Assembly: GCA_963737655.1 (NCBI GenBank)
Contig: CAVTTN010000002.1
Coordinates: forward strand, 1,984,001 to 2,048,000
DNA length: 64,000 bases
From: an uncultured Planctomycetota bacterium
GTDB taxonomy: Bacteria; Planctomycetota; Planctomycetia; Isosphaerales; Isosphaeraceae
Direction: 5' to 3'
Part shown: in pieces, positions 7,406-19,208 of the stretch
Layout of the letters: each line of letters opens with the position of its first letter
How positions within the stretch are numbered: the first letter of the stretch is position 1
Position numbers and translations under genes: made by a program
The notes under the pieces: generated by a model
The model's input: the letters and a program-made list of their open reading frames with translations, nothing else
Database searches by the model: none
What the model was told of the DNA's origin: nothing

Positions 7406-7734
7406 ATGAGGCGCTTCCGCATGGGTCTGATGTTGGTGATGGGGGGCTTGGCCCTTTCGACGGCGGGCTGGCGCAGTCTCGCGCCGGCCGGGTCGCCTCG
7501 GTCGAGCCTCCTCTCCTGGGTCCGTCGGGCGGGACGACGATCGTCGAGGCCCCGAAGGCCCGGCAGGTGGGCTGGGCGGACCGTCACCCGCTGTTCACCC
7601 GGCCGAAGGAGTATTACGACAGCACCCAGGCGAGCAAGGTCGGCAAGACCGCCGCGGCGGTGGTGATCGGCGTCCCGGCCGGTTTCGTGGCCGAGGTCCG
7701 GCAGATCGCCGTGGGGCAGGACCCGTTGCGTTGA
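7406..7734 (+). CDS. Putative lipoprotein (1-nt frameshift near 7470)
   Basis: Signal MRRFRMGLMLVMGGLALSTAG; adding one C gives the lipobox Cys and joins the frame AQSRAGRV...DRHPLFTRPKEYYD...VGQDPLR*. Confidence 0.6.
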
Positions 7735-7837
7735 GCCGGCTCGGGATTTGCCTCAACCGGCCGCCCCGGCGGTCCGATGGTCCAGAGGGCGGCCGGGTTC
7801 GGGAACGATCGGCTCGAATCGGAGCAAGGGGACGGCC

Positions 7838-8690
7838 ATGAGTCGCAGAATGTGGGCCGGGTCGCTGGGAATGGCCATTTCCGGGGCGTCGCTCGCCTCC
7901 GGGCAGGACCTCCCACCGCTGAATGCCCCGGCCGAGGCCCCTCCGGCGGCCAGCCCGGCCCCGTCACCCTCGCCCTCGCCCTCGCCCTCGCCGAAGCCGC
8001 GGCCTTCGCCGGCGCCGGCCTCCGCGCTCTCGACGCGTCGGCCGTCGGGCTTCCCCAGCCCGCCCCGAACCGTCGTCCGAACGCCGGCGCCGGCCCCGGC
8101 GGTCCCTCGGTTCGAGCCGGCGGGCCCGTCGTCGCTCCCCGAGGGGCCTCCGCCCCTGGACGGGCCGTCGGAGATGCCGGCCGCCGATCGGCCGACGGCC
8201 CGATCGCCGTTCGCTCCGGGGGAATCGACGATCCCGGGCGGCCCCCCGGCGCTCACCCTGGAGCCGGGTTCTGCCGACGAGGTGGGGCCGCTCGATCTCG
8301 ACCCGCTCCCCGGCGAGAAGGCGATCAGGGAGGGTCGGATCGAGCCGTCGCCCCGGCCCGAGGCCGCGAAGAGGCCGAAACGGTTCGGGCTCTTTCCGTT
8401 CCTGAACCCGCCGACCGCCCGGAATCGCGCCGCGACGGCCCCCGAGTCGTCGATCTCGGTCGAGCCCCGGACCGACCCGGCCGCCGACGCCACCCTGAAG
8501 CGGAAGCTGGAAGACAAGGTCCGCCAGGCCGTGGCCGGCAAGGCCCGGGACATCGAGGTCCGCGTGGTCGATCGCAACGTGTACGTCCGGGCCCGGGTCG
8601 ATCGGATCTGGAACCGCCGGTCCGTCCGCCGGACGATCGAGGGGCTTCCGGCGCTGGCCGGATACCGCGCGGGTCGATCTCGACGATTGA
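7838..8690 (+). CDS. Secreted Pro-rich protein with C-terminal BON-like domain (1-nt frameshift near 8670)
   Basis: Signal peptide, Pro-rich linker, DPAADATLKRKLEDKVRQAV...DIEVRVVDRNVYVRAR; the corrected end is RVDLDD* (TGA 8688-8690). Confidence 0.7.
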
Positions 8691-8725
8691 CACGCGTCCC
8701 GTTCTCGTCCCCAGGAGGCCCGGCC

Positions 8726-9502
8726 TTGGCCTTTGCGACGATCCAGTATTACAGCCACTCGCTCCGCAAGGCGTCGGCCTTCAACGTGATCTTCCCGGAC
8801 TCGCCGGACGCCTCGCGCCCTTGGGCCGTGTACTACCTGCTCCACGGCCTCTCCGACGACCACACGACGTGGTCCCGGCGGTCGTGCGTCGAGCGGTACA
8901 CGCTGGGCTATCCCCTGATGGTCGTCATGCCCGACGGCGGCCGGGGCTGGTTCACCAACGCCCAGAACGGCGACGCCTACGAGGACGACTTCCTCAAGGA
9001 CGTGGTCGGCATGGTCGAGAAGAACTTCCCGGTCCGCGCCGAGAGGTCGGGCCGGGCGATCGGCGGCCTTTCGATGGGCGGATTCGGGGCGGTGAAGCTC
9101 GGTTTGAAGCATCCGGGCCTCTTCGCCAGCGTGGACAGCATGTCGGGCGTGGTCGGGTTCCTCCGCCGGCCGTTCGAGTCGAAGAAGCTGGCCCCGGAGT
9201 TCACCCGGATCTTCGGCAGGTCGCCCAAGGACGGCCCCGAGGACCCGTTCGCCCTGGCCTCGGCGGTCGAGCCGTCGAGGAGGCCGGCGCTCCGGCTGGT
9301 TTGCGGGGATGAAGACCCCTTCCTCCTCCAGAATCGCGGGTTTCGCGGGCACCTGAAGGGCCTGGACTTCCCCCACGAGTACGAGGAGCACGCCGGGTCG
9401 CACACCTGGGGTTTCTGGGACCGGCACGTCCGGGCGGCGATCGACTTCCACCGCCGGAACCTGGGGATCGCCGACTCCCCGGAGTATGCCCTCCTGCGAT
9501 GA
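8726..9502 (+). CDS. Putative esterase (alpha/beta hydrolase)
   Basis: TTG start after AGGAGG; YLLHGLSDD, GLSMGG nucleophile elbow, CGDED, GSHTWGFW. Confidence 0.92.
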   Translation: MAFATIQYYSHSLRKASAFNVIFPDSPDASRPWAVYYLLHGLSDDHTTWSRRSCVERYTLGYPLMVVMPDGGRGWFTNAQNGDAYEDDFLKDVVGMVEKNFPVRAERSGRAIGGLSMGGFGAVKLGLKHPGLFASVDSMSGVVGFLRRPFESKKLAPEFTRIFGRSPKDGPEDPFALASAVEPSRRPALRLVCGDEDPFLLQNRGFRGHLKGLDFPHEYEEHAGSHTWGFWDRHVRAAIDFHRRNLGIADSPEYALLR

Positions 9503-9511
9503 CCGGATCTC

Positions 9512-10573
9512 TCAGCAGAAGTCCGTCCGGTCCACGACGGGCCGGGCCGAGGGGACGGCCGTGAACCGGCCGGTCGGGTCCACCGGGAAGCGGATCTGGC
9601 GGAGGCCCTTCCGGCCGTCGCCGTCGATCGCCTCGACGTCCAGGGAATGCTCCCCCCTGGCCAGGAGGTCGCCCGGGAGTCGGGCGGTCCAGAGGCCCTC
9701 CCCGGCCGATTTCAGGGGGAACGGCTCGCCGCCGTCGATCCGCCCGAGGACCCGGCCCACCGGCGTCCTCGACCAGGTCCGGACCCGGATCTCGTCGGCC
9801 CCCCGGACGACGTGGGCCGGGCCGGTGGCCAGGAGGGCCTCCCGGGGATGGATCACCAGGGCCAGCGGGCCCTCTTCGTCCACGGCCCGGTAGGCGACGG
9901 CGAGGTCTTCGCCCGAGAGGCAGCCGACCGCGAAGCCGGGGGCGCCGCCCTCGGGGTCGCCGATCGACCGGGTGGCGATGGCGACGTTCCTGCCGTCGTT
10001 GGCGACCTGCCAGTAATGGGTGTGGCCGCAGATGATCGCCGCGATCGGCCGGGTCTGGACGACCTCCCGCCACTCGGCGATCCCCGGGCCGTCGAAGGTC
10101 TCCCAGATCTGGAATGGGTAATTGTGCTGGAACACGACCACCCGTTCTCCGCCGGAGAGGGCGGCGTCCACCTCGCCCCGGAACCACTCGACCTGCCGGG
10201 CGGAGATCCCCAGGGGGCGGGCCTCCTGGGTGTTCAGGCGGAGGAACCGGAAGCCGCCGAGGCTCATCGCGCCGAAGGTCTCGCCGACGTGGCGGCGGAA
10301 CCCCTCGGCCGACGGGTCCCCCTTGACGTCGTGGTCGCCGACCAGGGCGAAATGGGGGACGGTCAGCCTGCGGCGGAGGGCATCGAACAGGAGGAACTGG
10401 CCCTCCTCGGCGTCCTGGACATTGTCGCCGATGAACTGGACGAAATCCGGCCGGATGACCTCCTCGATCTCGTCGATCGCCCGGAGGGCGTCCCGGAAGC
10501 TCTCCCGGCCGGGCTCGGTCAGGTGGAGGTCTCCGGGGACGGCGAAGGTGATTTCGGGGGCCGGTGCCCTCAT
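9512..10573 (-). CDS. Calcineurin-like metallophosphoesterase with C-terminal Ig-like domain
   Basis: GDLH, GDNV, GDHD, QH, CGHTH motifs. Confidence 0.88.
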   Translation of the reverse strand: MRAPAPEITFAVPGDLHLTEPGRESFRDALRAIDEIEEVIRPDFVQFIGDNVQDAEEGQFLLFDALRRRLTVPHFALVGDHDVKGDPSAEGFRRHVGETFGAMSLGGFRFLRLNTQEARPLGISARQVEWFRGEVDAALSGGERVVVFQHNYPFQIWETFDGPGIAEWREVVQTRPIAAIICGHTHYWQVANDGRNVAIATRSIGDPEGGAPGFAVGCLSGEDLAVAYRAVDEEGPLALVIHPREALLATGPAHVVRGADEIRVRTWSRTPVGRVLGRIDGGEPFPLKSAGEGLWTARLPGDLLARGEHSLDVEAIDGDGRKGLRQIRFPVDPTGRFTAVPSARPVVDRTDFC

Positions 10574-10767
10574 GGGTTCGCCCCCCGGGACGGCTCGGGG
10601 GCGGGCGGATCGACCGGCGCGGCGGGCGGGGGCGTGGTCCTGGACGGGTTGGGGAGGCGGTGGTCGATGGCCTGGATCAGCCCGTGGGCCGCCATGCCCG
10701 AGGCGATCCCGGCGCACAGGTTCCAGAGGCACGGGACGGCCACCACGTCGAACGCGCAGAAATCCAT
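10570..10767 (-). CDS. Small hypothetical protein
   Basis: 65-aa ORF with ATGA overlap into the phosphoesterase start; hydrophobic N-terminal half. Confidence 0.4.
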   Translation of the reverse strand: MDFCAFDVVAVPCLWNLCAGIASGMAAHGLIQAIDHRLPNPSRTTPPPAAPVDPPAPEPSRGANP

Positions 10768-11000
10768 GAACGGGGCCTCCTCCGAAAGGCGAGGATCGGG
10801 CGGGACGATCCGGACTCGGGCCGGGACGTGGTCCCGAGGCGCCGCCTTTCTTCAGACCGAACGCACGGGTCGTACCGAAGCGCCGGAAGGGCCATTTCCC
10901 GGCGGATTCGGCCGAATTTCGGGCGTTTCGGGCGGGGGATTCCCGCCGAGGTGGGGGCATTCCGCCCGGTCCCTTCGGGCGGATCGCCCGACCCCGGGAT

Positions 11001-11900
11001 TCAGCCCGGCGAGGCGAGTCCCTCGTCGATCCGGGCCGGGAGGTCGCCGACCATCTCCAGGATGGCCCGTTCCTGGGCGTCGGAGAGGACCGACCGCCAC
11101 CGGCCGACCGAGGCGTCGTCGATCGGCCGGCTCGGGTCGGTCCCGCCGACGGTCCGGCCATCGGCGAAGACCTCCGAATGAGGGCGGCTCGGGTGGGCGA
11201 GCAGGCCGGAATCCCAGGGGAGGCCCAGGGCCTCGACGATCCTCGACAGCGAAGGCTCCGGGTCGGCGGCCAGGGCCTCGTACCGGACCGGGACGATCGG
11301 CCAGCCCCGGGCCCGGTAGTCGAGGACGCAGCGGTTCTTGTAGAGCCAGTAGAGGGCCCCGACGCTCGCCGGGTCGTCTCCCGAGGCGCGAAGCCGGGCG
11401 ATCTCGGGGGCGAAGCGGTCGGCAAACCCCGGGTCTCGGGCGATCTTGTCCTCCAGGATCGGCCGTCCCCAGGCGTCCAGCCACGAGCTCCGGCCCAGGT
11501 CCAGCGAGATCATCGAGGCCACCGTGTCGCGGACGTCCCGGATCAGGAAGACGATCGGCTCGCCTCGGTACAGGTGGCGGGCCTCGACCGGCAGGCCGAA
11601 ATCCCAGGCCACGTCCCGGCCGAGCTGCTCGGTCCATCGGGGGACCTTGAACCCTCGTCGGAGCTTCGCAGAAACCGGGGCCTCGATCGTGTCGGCCAGG
11701 ACGTCGTAGGAGGTCGTCTCGTCGAGGCAGGCGATGTCCGGGTGGGACTCCAGGACCAGCCTCATCAGGGTGGTGCCGCTCCTCTGGCACCCCACGATGA
11801 AGAACCAACCCTCGCGACGGACGGGATCTGGCATCACACCCTCGGGATCTGGGCAGTCTGGGCGGACCTTGGAGACCACGATCGAGACCTCGGCGCGCAT
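11001..11900 (-). CDS. Sulfotransferase family protein (start may be 11834)
   Basis: 5'-PSB motif FIVGCQRSGTTLMR, 3'-PB motif IRDVRDTVAS, RYEAL..DP, SVGRWR. Confidence 0.9.
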   Translation of the reverse strand: MRAEVSIVVSKVRPDCPDPEGVMPDPVRREGWFFIVGCQRSGTTLMRLVLESHPDIACLDETTSYDVLADTIEAPVSAKLRRGFKVPRWTEQLGRDVAWDFGLPVEARHLYRGEPIVFLIRDVRDTVASMISLDLGRSSWLDAWGRPILEDKIARDPGFADRFAPEIARLRASGDDPASVGALYWLYKNRCVLDYRARGWPIVPVRYEALAADPEPSLSRIVEALGLPWDSGLLAHPSRPHSEVFADGRTVGGTDPSRPIDDASVGRWRSVLSDAQERAILEMVGDLPARIDEGLASPG

Positions 11901-12171
11901 CGCGGCCGTTGCGTCTCCGTCTCGCGGATGCTTCCTCTCATGGGCGACATCATCACCCGGATGGTCCCCGGCGGTTCGGGGGGGCCTCGAAGTTCAACCC
12001 CGCGAGTGGCGCCGGGTTGCGGACCGATCTCGTATCGGTTGCGGACGATCCGGGACTTTTCGTGACGTTCCGCAATTCCCTCCCGGAAGGCACGAGCCGG
12101 TTTTTCGTCGGGCCGGCCTCGGCCTGCCCGACGAAAAATCGGAGTGCGCCCCGCCCGTGAACCGCCGAGGG

Positions 12172-12822
12172 CTAGCCGAGCATGCCCGGGGCGCCGTGAT
12201 GGCCTCCGCCGCCGAAGTCTCCGCCGCCCCAGGCGCCCCGGGCGGGCATGTTGGCCTGCATGGCGGTCTGGAGGGCGGTTTCGGCGGCGTCGATGCTGGT
12301 GACCTGGGCGTCGGAGGCGCCGATCGACTTGAGGAGGGCGTCGCGGTCGGCCTGGAGCTTGGCCTGGGCGTCGGTCTGGGAAAGGGTGCCGTCGTGGGCG
12401 GCCTGCATGTCGGCCTGGAACGTGGAGAGCTGGCTGGAGGTGGCCTTGGTGGTGAGGTCCAGGCCGCTGGCGGCCTGGGTCAGCGCCGTCTGGGCGGCCG
12501 TGACGGCGGCCGGAGGGGTGAAGTTCCCCCGAGGGCCTCCGTGGCCGCCGTCCATCCCGGGCGAGTCGATCCCGGCGAGCTGGCCGACGGTCGGGGTGAA
12601 GCTCGAGGCGAAGTCCGTCGGCGGGGTTCCCACGTCATGCTTGGCGTGGAGCCCGGCGACGTCCCGGGGGCCGGGGCTGCCGTGGTGGGCCGCGGGGAGG
12701 ACGGGCAGGTTGCTCAGGAGCCTGCGGGCATCCAGCGCCTCGCAGGCCAGGCCGGCCCGGGTCGAAGGCCTCCGCGATCCGGGCCTCCGGCCGCTCGTCG
12801 TCCGATCGTGATGTCCGATCAT
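12172..12822 (-). CDS. Secreted helical protein with planctomycete extracellular motif
   Basis: ATG after GAGGAG; CEALDARRLLS motif; Ala/Gln-rich helices. Confidence 0.7.
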   Translation of the reverse strand: MIGHHDRTTSGRRPGSRRPSTRAGLACEALDARRLLSNLPVLPAAHHGSPGPRDVAGLHAKHDVGTPPTDFASSFTPTVGQLAGIDSPGMDGGHGGPRGNFTPPAAVTAAQTALTQAASGLDLTTKATSSQLSTFQADMQAAHDGTLSQTDAQAKLQADRDALLKSIGASDAQVTSIDAAETALQTAMQANMPARGAWGGGDFGGGGHHGAPGMLG

Positions 12823-13209
12823 TGCGTTCTCCTCGATCCTTCGAGTGGGACGGTCGGACGCGGCTCGCGCCTCCGCCGCCAGGGAAGGCCCCGATCGGCC
12901 GGGCCTCGCGGGGAGGCGAGGCCCAGGATTCACCGTCGGGGACGCCTTCCAGAGCGACCCGTCCGGCACGGGGCGAACGTGCTTTCCGGGCCCGGTTCGC
13001 GGATTGTAGGCTCCGCCGAAACCCCGGCCGCGATTGAGGATTTTCCCTCAAGCCCGGTCGTCTCGGGGCCGGCCCGCCGTCGCCGGCTTCTCGAATGATG
13101 CGTTCCGGGGTCGTCGGTTCGGTCCCCGGTTGCCTCGGCGCCCATCGGGCCCCGATAATCGGCCCAGAAGGGCCGTGACCGGCCCGGGACCGCCGCGGGG
13201 TGATCGACG

Positions 13210-16200
13210 ATGCCGGCCAGCCAGGTCCAGTGCCCGAAATGCTCCCGTTCCTACAGCATCGACGACCGGTTGCTCGGCAACATCGGCCGGTGCCGGAAGT
13301 GCGGGGCGAAGTTCTCGCTCTCGGCCTCGGCCTCGGCCTCGACCCTGGAGGGGCCGTCCTCGAAGCCGGCGAAGCGGCCTTCGGGCTCGACGTTCTCCTC
13401 GTCCTCGACGGTCCCCGAGCGGATCGGCCGGTTCGTGGTCCGGGACCGCCTGGGCAGCGGGGCGTTCGGCTCGGTCTATCGGGCCCTGGACCCGGACCTC
13501 GACCGCGAGGTCGCGTTGAAGGTCCCCCATCCCGGATCGATGGACGAGCCCAGGGCCGTCGAGCGGTTCCTCCGGGAGGCGAAGGCGGCGGCCCGGCTCC
13601 GGCACCCGAACATCGTCCCGGTGTTCGAGACGGGCGTGGCCGGATCGACCTATTATCTCGCCTCGGCCTTCATCGAGGGCCGGACCCTCGCCGCCCTGAT
13701 CGACGAGGGGCCGATCGACCCCCTCCGGGCCGCCGAGATTGCCGCCGAGACGGCCGAGGCGCTCCACGCCGCCCACGACCGGGGGATCGTCCACCGCGAC
13801 GTGAAGCCTCATAACATCATGATCGATCGCGACGGCCGGGCCCTGCTCATGGATTTCGGCCTCGCCCGCTGGGAGGACGCCTCGGCCAAGCTCACCCAGG
13901 ACGGCGCGATCCTGGGGACGCCCGCCTACATGGCCCCCGAACAGGCCACCGGCCGGAGCGCCGAGGCCGACTCCGCCAGCGATCAGTATGCCGTGGGCGT
14001 GACCCTGTACGAGATGCTCTGCGGCCGTCCGCCGTTCTCCGGGCCCCCGGCGATCGTGATCTTCCACGCGGTCCATTCGCCCCCGCCGTCCCCCCGATCG
14101 ATCCGCCCGGGGGTCTCGCCGGAGCTGGAGGCGATCTGCCTGAAGGCGATGGCCAAGGAGCCGGCCGGGCGATTCGAGAGCTGTCGGGCGATGGCCGAGG
14201 TGCTCCGCCGGTGGCTCTCCGGGGCCTCGACGATCCGGCCCAATCCGCCGCCGAGGGTTCCGCCGCCCCTGCCGGATCGGGACGTGGTCTCGGAGGATTG
14301 GACGATCGAGGAGCCCGTGTCCCTAAGGGTCCGCCCCTCGCCTCGCCCGGAACGGTCACGCCGGACGGCGATGGTCCTCGGCGCGATGGCGCCGATCGCC
14401 GCGGTCCTCGCGCTGATCGTCGTCCTGTCCCGGGCGCCTCGCGGCCCGAGCCCCCGCCCGAGCCCGGGCCGGCCTCCCCGTCCGAGGAGAGGGCTGCGGC
14501 CCCGGCCCCGCGCCCCTCCGAAACGGCCCCGGCCCCGCGCCCCTCCGAGGTCGAGAAGACCAGGGGCACGGTCGTCGATCGCGGCACGGTCGTCGATCGC
14601 GGCACCGTCGTCTTCCCCGTCTCGGCCCTCGATCCCAATCGCACCTGGACCTCGGACGACCTGACCGGCTCGGGGTTCGTGGCGCCATTCAAGGCGAGGT
14701 CGCCCATCCTCGATGGCCAGATCGGCCCGGACGAGTACGGCTCCCCTCTGTATATCGAGTTCACCCGCGACGCCAACCCCGGCCGGCTGATCTCCGGGAC
14801 GGTCCAGAATCCCGAGGACCTCAGCTACCACGTCTTCGCGGCCCACGACAACCAGGCGCTTTACGTGGCGGTGAGGGTCCGCGACGACGTGCTGGTGGTC
14901 AACGACGCCGACGCCAGGAACCCCTGGCGCAACGACGCGGTCCAGATTTTCCTGGACGGCGACCTCGCCCCGGGCGACTTCCTCCAGAGGGCCCAGGACC
15001 CGCGATACAGCCGCGAGGGGTTCGAGGTGATCGCCGACATCGCCGGCCACCGCAAGACGTTCTGCGACGACTTCCCCGATGAGGCGTGGTCGGCCGTCAC
15101 CCGCAAGTTCGACGACGGCCGGGGCTACGTCACCGAGTTCCGCATCCCGATGGTCCTGATCGACACGAAGGACGGCCGCGCGTTCGAGAGGCCGGAGGTC
15201 GGCTCGACCGTGGGATGGTCGCTCCTGGTGACCGATCGCGACGCGCCCGAGGAGCTCGGGGCGGTCTCGGCGCTGTGGCACGACGGGGCCAGGGGGGCCT
15301 GGCACTGGGCCGGCGGCGATGCGTCGTGGAAGGCCCGGCTCCGCTTCGGAGGGGCCGAGTTCCACGCGCCCTATCGGCAGAAGGCCCCGAACCTCGACGC
15401 CCGGATCGACCCGGGCGAGTACGGCCCGCCGGCGATCCTCGATTTCGCCGACGCCTCGCCGCTGGGCGCCCTGCTCGAAGGCAAGCTCGTCGGCCCCGAC
15501 GACCTCTCGGCCGAGGTCTCGTTCTGCTACACCGAGACCGACCTGTTCGTCGCGGTGAAGGCCCGAGACGACGTGGTCGTGGGCGCCGCCGCCGCCCCGG
15601 CCGTGCGGGACCGCATCGACCTGGGGATCGACGGCGACCTCCGGCCGGGCGATTTCGGCCCGTCGAGCCCGGGGGGAAGCCGCGAGGGGTTCTTCCTCCG
15701 GGCGGAGGTCCGGGGCGAGCGGACCGGCTCGGGCCCGTGGACCAGCAACTGGGGCTGGACGTCGGCCTCGGCCCAGACGGCCGACGGCTACGTGGTCGAA
15801 TTCCGCGTCCCGCTGTCCATGATCGACACCCGGAACGGCCCCGGAGAGGCCCGGCCCGGCCCCGGATCGGCCGTGAGGATCGGCCTGGTGATCGGCGATC
15901 GCGACTCGGCCGACCCGTCCGAGCCGCTCACTCGCGGCTCGCTCTGGAAGGTCCCCGGGCTGGGCGAAACCCAGGACACCTCGGACACGGCCTGGGTCTG
16001 CGAGCTCCAGTTCGACCGCCCGTCGGACTTCGAGCTGGCCGGCGCCGCGGTCGGCTTGAGGATCGACCCGGATTCCGGGCTCCTTTCCTGGACCCCGGCG
16101 CCCGGGGAATCCGCCCGGACGATCACCATCCGGGCCCGCGACCGCAAGCGGTCCGAGGTCGTTGGCGACCGCGATTTCACCCTCTTCCCCGACGGCATGG

Positions 16201-16271
16201 TCATCCCCCGCCCGGTCGAGCCGTTCGAACGCCTGAAGCTCCCCTGGCCGCTGCCGCCGTCGTTGAGATAG
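13210..16271 (+). CDS. Receptor-type Ser/Thr kinase: Zn-ribbon, kinase, TM helix, two CBM9/DOMON-like domains and an Ig-like domain (frameshift near 14430)
   Basis: CPKC..CRKC; GSGAFG, HRDVKPHN, DFG, GTPAYMAPE; TM helix. The second frame holds two (L/I)DG.I.P.EY...LYVAV.V.DD...GYV.EFR.P units and GLRIDPDSGLLSWTP. Confidence 0.85.
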
Positions 16272-16294
16272 CCCGTGATGAGGGGAGGCCATCC

Positions 16295-16711
16295 ATGCTT
16301 CTGAATGCGATCTTCCACACCCTCGCCTGGTCGAAGCGGCGTGATGCCCTTCGAGAGCTCGTCCGCGGGACCATCGAGAGGGAAGGCGGCGAGGTCGATC
16401 GCATCTCGATCATCGGGTTCCTGCTTCGGTCCCCGTTCCCCCCGATGGGCGGCTCGCCCGGCTATCTGAGGGTGGATTGTCGATATCCCGGGGACTCGGG
16501 CACCTGGTTCATCGGCGAATCCCAAGGGGCGGAGACACATTGGGTCTGGCGGAGCGACACGGGCGCCGAGAGGCCACCGATCGAGAGGACGGAGCCGGTC
16601 CTCGTCGCGAATGATCTGGTCGTCCTCCCCGCCTGGCTCAATGTCGTCCTCTACCTCCTGGCCCTGGTGGCGTTGCTGGGAGGGGTCTGGTACGTCTGCG
16701 TCTTCGTCTGA
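16295..16711 (+). CDS. Hypothetical membrane protein
   Basis: ATG after GGGAGG; C-terminal TM helix. Confidence 0.65.
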   Translation: MLLNAIFHTLAWSKRRDALRELVRGTIEREGGEVDRISIIGFLLRSPFPPMGGSPGYLRVDCRYPGDSGTWFIGESQGAETHWVWRSDTGAERPPIERTEPVLVANDLVVLPAWLNVVLYLLALVALLGGVWYVCVFV

Positions 16712-16794
16712 ACCCGCACCGCGATCCCCGCGTCAAGTGCGATGCCACTCGACGGAGCCGGTCCTGCGAGAGGCGGACCCGTTCGATAACCGCC

Positions 16795-18026
16795 CTAACG
16801 TCCCGCCGGGGCGAACGGGGCGAGCTCGGCCCACATCGAGAGGGCGTCGGGGAAGCGGGCGTCGGGCTGGCGCTCCAGGGCCCGGTGGATGACCTCGGCC
16901 AGGACGTCGGGGATCTCCTCCCGGCGGTCCTGGATCGGGATCGGCGGGTCCTGGAGGATCATTAACAATTGTTTCTCGATGCTGGTGGGGAAGTCGTACA
17001 CCTTCCTGCCGGTCAGGAGGAAATACAGGGTGGCCCCGGCGGCGTAGATGTCGGCCGGCGGGCGGGCCTCGCGGAACTGGGTGATCTGCTCCGGCGGCAT
17101 GTAGCCATACGTCCCGGCGACCTGGCCGGTGAACGACAGGCCGCTCAGCGGCGAGTCGAGGTACAGCTTGGCCAAACCGAAGTCGGCGAGCTTCACCGAC
17201 TCCCTGCGCGTCCCGGGCTCGGAGACCAGCAGGTTCTTCGGCTTCACGTCGCGATGGACGAACCCCCGGGAGTGGGCGAAGGCCAGGGCATTCAGCATGG
17301 TCCGGGCCATCGCCACGGCGCGGGGGACGGGCAGGGGGCCGTGGCGGCGGACCAGGGCATCGGCGTCGTCGCCCGAGACCAGGTCCATCACGAAGAAGAT
17401 CAGGCCGTCGGCGTGGCCGATCTCCCGGAACCGGACGATCCCCGGATGATCCAGTTGGCGGAGGATGGCCGCCTCGCGGAGGAACCGGGCGACCACGCCT
17501 TCGGTCCCCACGGCGGCCGGCGCGATCGTCTTGACGGCCACGGCCTCGCCCGAGGGCGTGGAGGCCCGGTACACCACGCCCATCCCGCCCCGGCCGATCT
17601 CCGTCTCGAGCAGCAGGCGGGGCAGGGCGGGCAGGCCGTTGGTCGGCGTCACGCTGACCGTCGGCTCCACGAGAAGCGGCGAGAGCGGGTCGCCGGGCAG
17701 GCGGGTCTCGGTCGGGTCCGGGTCGTCCGAGCCGATCCAGAGCTTCAATTCGGTCCGACCGGCGCGGATCGTGTCGCCGTCGGCCAGGTCGATCGTCGTG
17801 ACCTGCTTGCCGTTGACCAGCGTGCCGTTGGTGCTGGCCATGTCCATCAAGCGGCACGACGGCGGATTGACTTCCACGAGGAAGTGGACCCGGGAGAGCG
17901 TCTTGTCCTTCAACGGCAGGCGGAACTGGGCGGCGGCCGACCGCCCGACGACGAAGGCGTCGTGCGCGACGAACTCGAAGGACGCGCCCGATGGGGCCCG
18001 CCGGTCACCGTGAGCGTCACCCTCAT
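16795..18026 (-). CDS. FHA-domain Ser/Thr kinase (frameshift near 17990)
   Basis: MRVTLTVTGGPH start; FHA motifs GR, SRVH, STNGT; kinase motifs GRGGMG, HRDVKPKN, DFG. Confidence 0.9.
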
Positions 18027-18076
18027 GGGCGATCACGATAGAGCAAACCGGCGGGCGGCGGAAGGCCCCGGGGCGA

Positions 18077-18322
18077 TCAGGCGCCGATGTCGTCGTGATG
18101 ATGCCCGGATCGGCCCGGATGGGCCCGTTCCTGGAGGCTCACGCAGCCGATCTGCTCGTTGGTGAGGTCCGAGATGGCATCGGAGCTCAGGCTGATCGGG
18201 CCGAGGTCGTTGGGAAGGTCGTCGAGCCATCGGTCGTCGTTGTCCGGCCGGTCGTCCTGGGCTCGGTCGGCGCCTTCTGCGCCTGGGGAGGAATGTGGGT
18301 CATCGCAGGTCCCCCGTCGCAT
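18077..18322 (-). CDS. Possible small hypothetical protein
   Basis: Protein-like acidic segment DDRWLDDLPNDLGPISLSSDAISDLTNEQIG; start uncertain. Confidence 0.3.
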   Translation of the reverse strand: MRRGTCDDPHSSPGAEGADRAQDDRPDNDDRWLDDLPNDLGPISLSSDAISDLTNEQIGCVSLQERAHPGRSGHHHDDIGA

Positions 18323-18673
18323 CGCGACGATTGCCGCCGGGCGAGTGGGGAGGGGTCCGAAAGGCCGTCCCCCACGCCTCGCCTACCCTCCTGTACGCTC
18401 ACCGAGCGTCGATCGGACCGGGCGATCCGCGATTTCCGCCGGATTGCGGCTTCGGCCCGCCGATCCGGTCGCAACGATCCCTCCGCCCGGGACGACCCGG
18501 CCCCTCGGCCTCGCCGGGCTGGTTCCGTCTCGGCCGAGGGGGTTCCGGGACGGAAACGGCCTGGAGACGGCCCGGTCCGGCCCTTCCCGCGGCTTGCATG
18601 GTAGGATAAACTGGAAGGGTGGGGCTGCCGCGACACGTGGCGATCACTCGGGGCGCTGGGGAGGCGGTGCGCG

Positions 18674-19197
18674 ATGGGGCGGATCGGCCAGGATCGGATT
18701 GTCCGCAAGCTGGACGAGGCCGAGGGCTATCTGATGCTCGGCCTGGCCGACCAGGCCCTGGAGATCCTCCGGTCCCGCGACGACTGGGCGACCATGCAGT
18801 TCGAGGCGAGCTTCATGACCGGCGACGCGCTGCGGCGCTGGGCCGGTTTCGCGAGGCGCTGAAGCCCCTGGAAGTCGCCGCCGCGCTGAAGCCCTCGGAC
18901 ATGGCCGTGGCCCTGGCCCAGGGCTGGTGCTACAAGAGGACCCACCGGCTGGCCCAGGCGATTGACGCCCTGGAACGGGTCGTCCCCGAGCACGCGGACG
19001 TCCCCTTGCTCCACTACAATCTCGCCTGTTACTGGAGTCTCGCCGGCCACCCGGGCAAGGCCGTTGCCGCCCTGGCCGAGGCGATCGAACTCGATCCCGA
19101 GTTCCGCGACCGAGTCGCCGCCGAGTCCGACTTCGACCCGATCCGGGGCGACGCCGAGTTCGGCCGACTCGTCGAAGGCAAGGCCCCTCTGGGGTGA
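18674..19197 (+). CDS. TPR protein (frameshift near 18835)
   Basis: EAEGYLMLG...; AQGWCYKR, HYNLACYWS, AESDFDPIR TPR-end motif. Confidence 0.85.
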
Positions 19198-19208
19198 GCC
19201 TCCCGGAC

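Noticed and set aside
7748..9502. 584-aa BON-esterase fusion
   Set aside because: Caused by a 1-nt deletion near 8670; the esterase has its own AGGAGG and TTG start at 8726.
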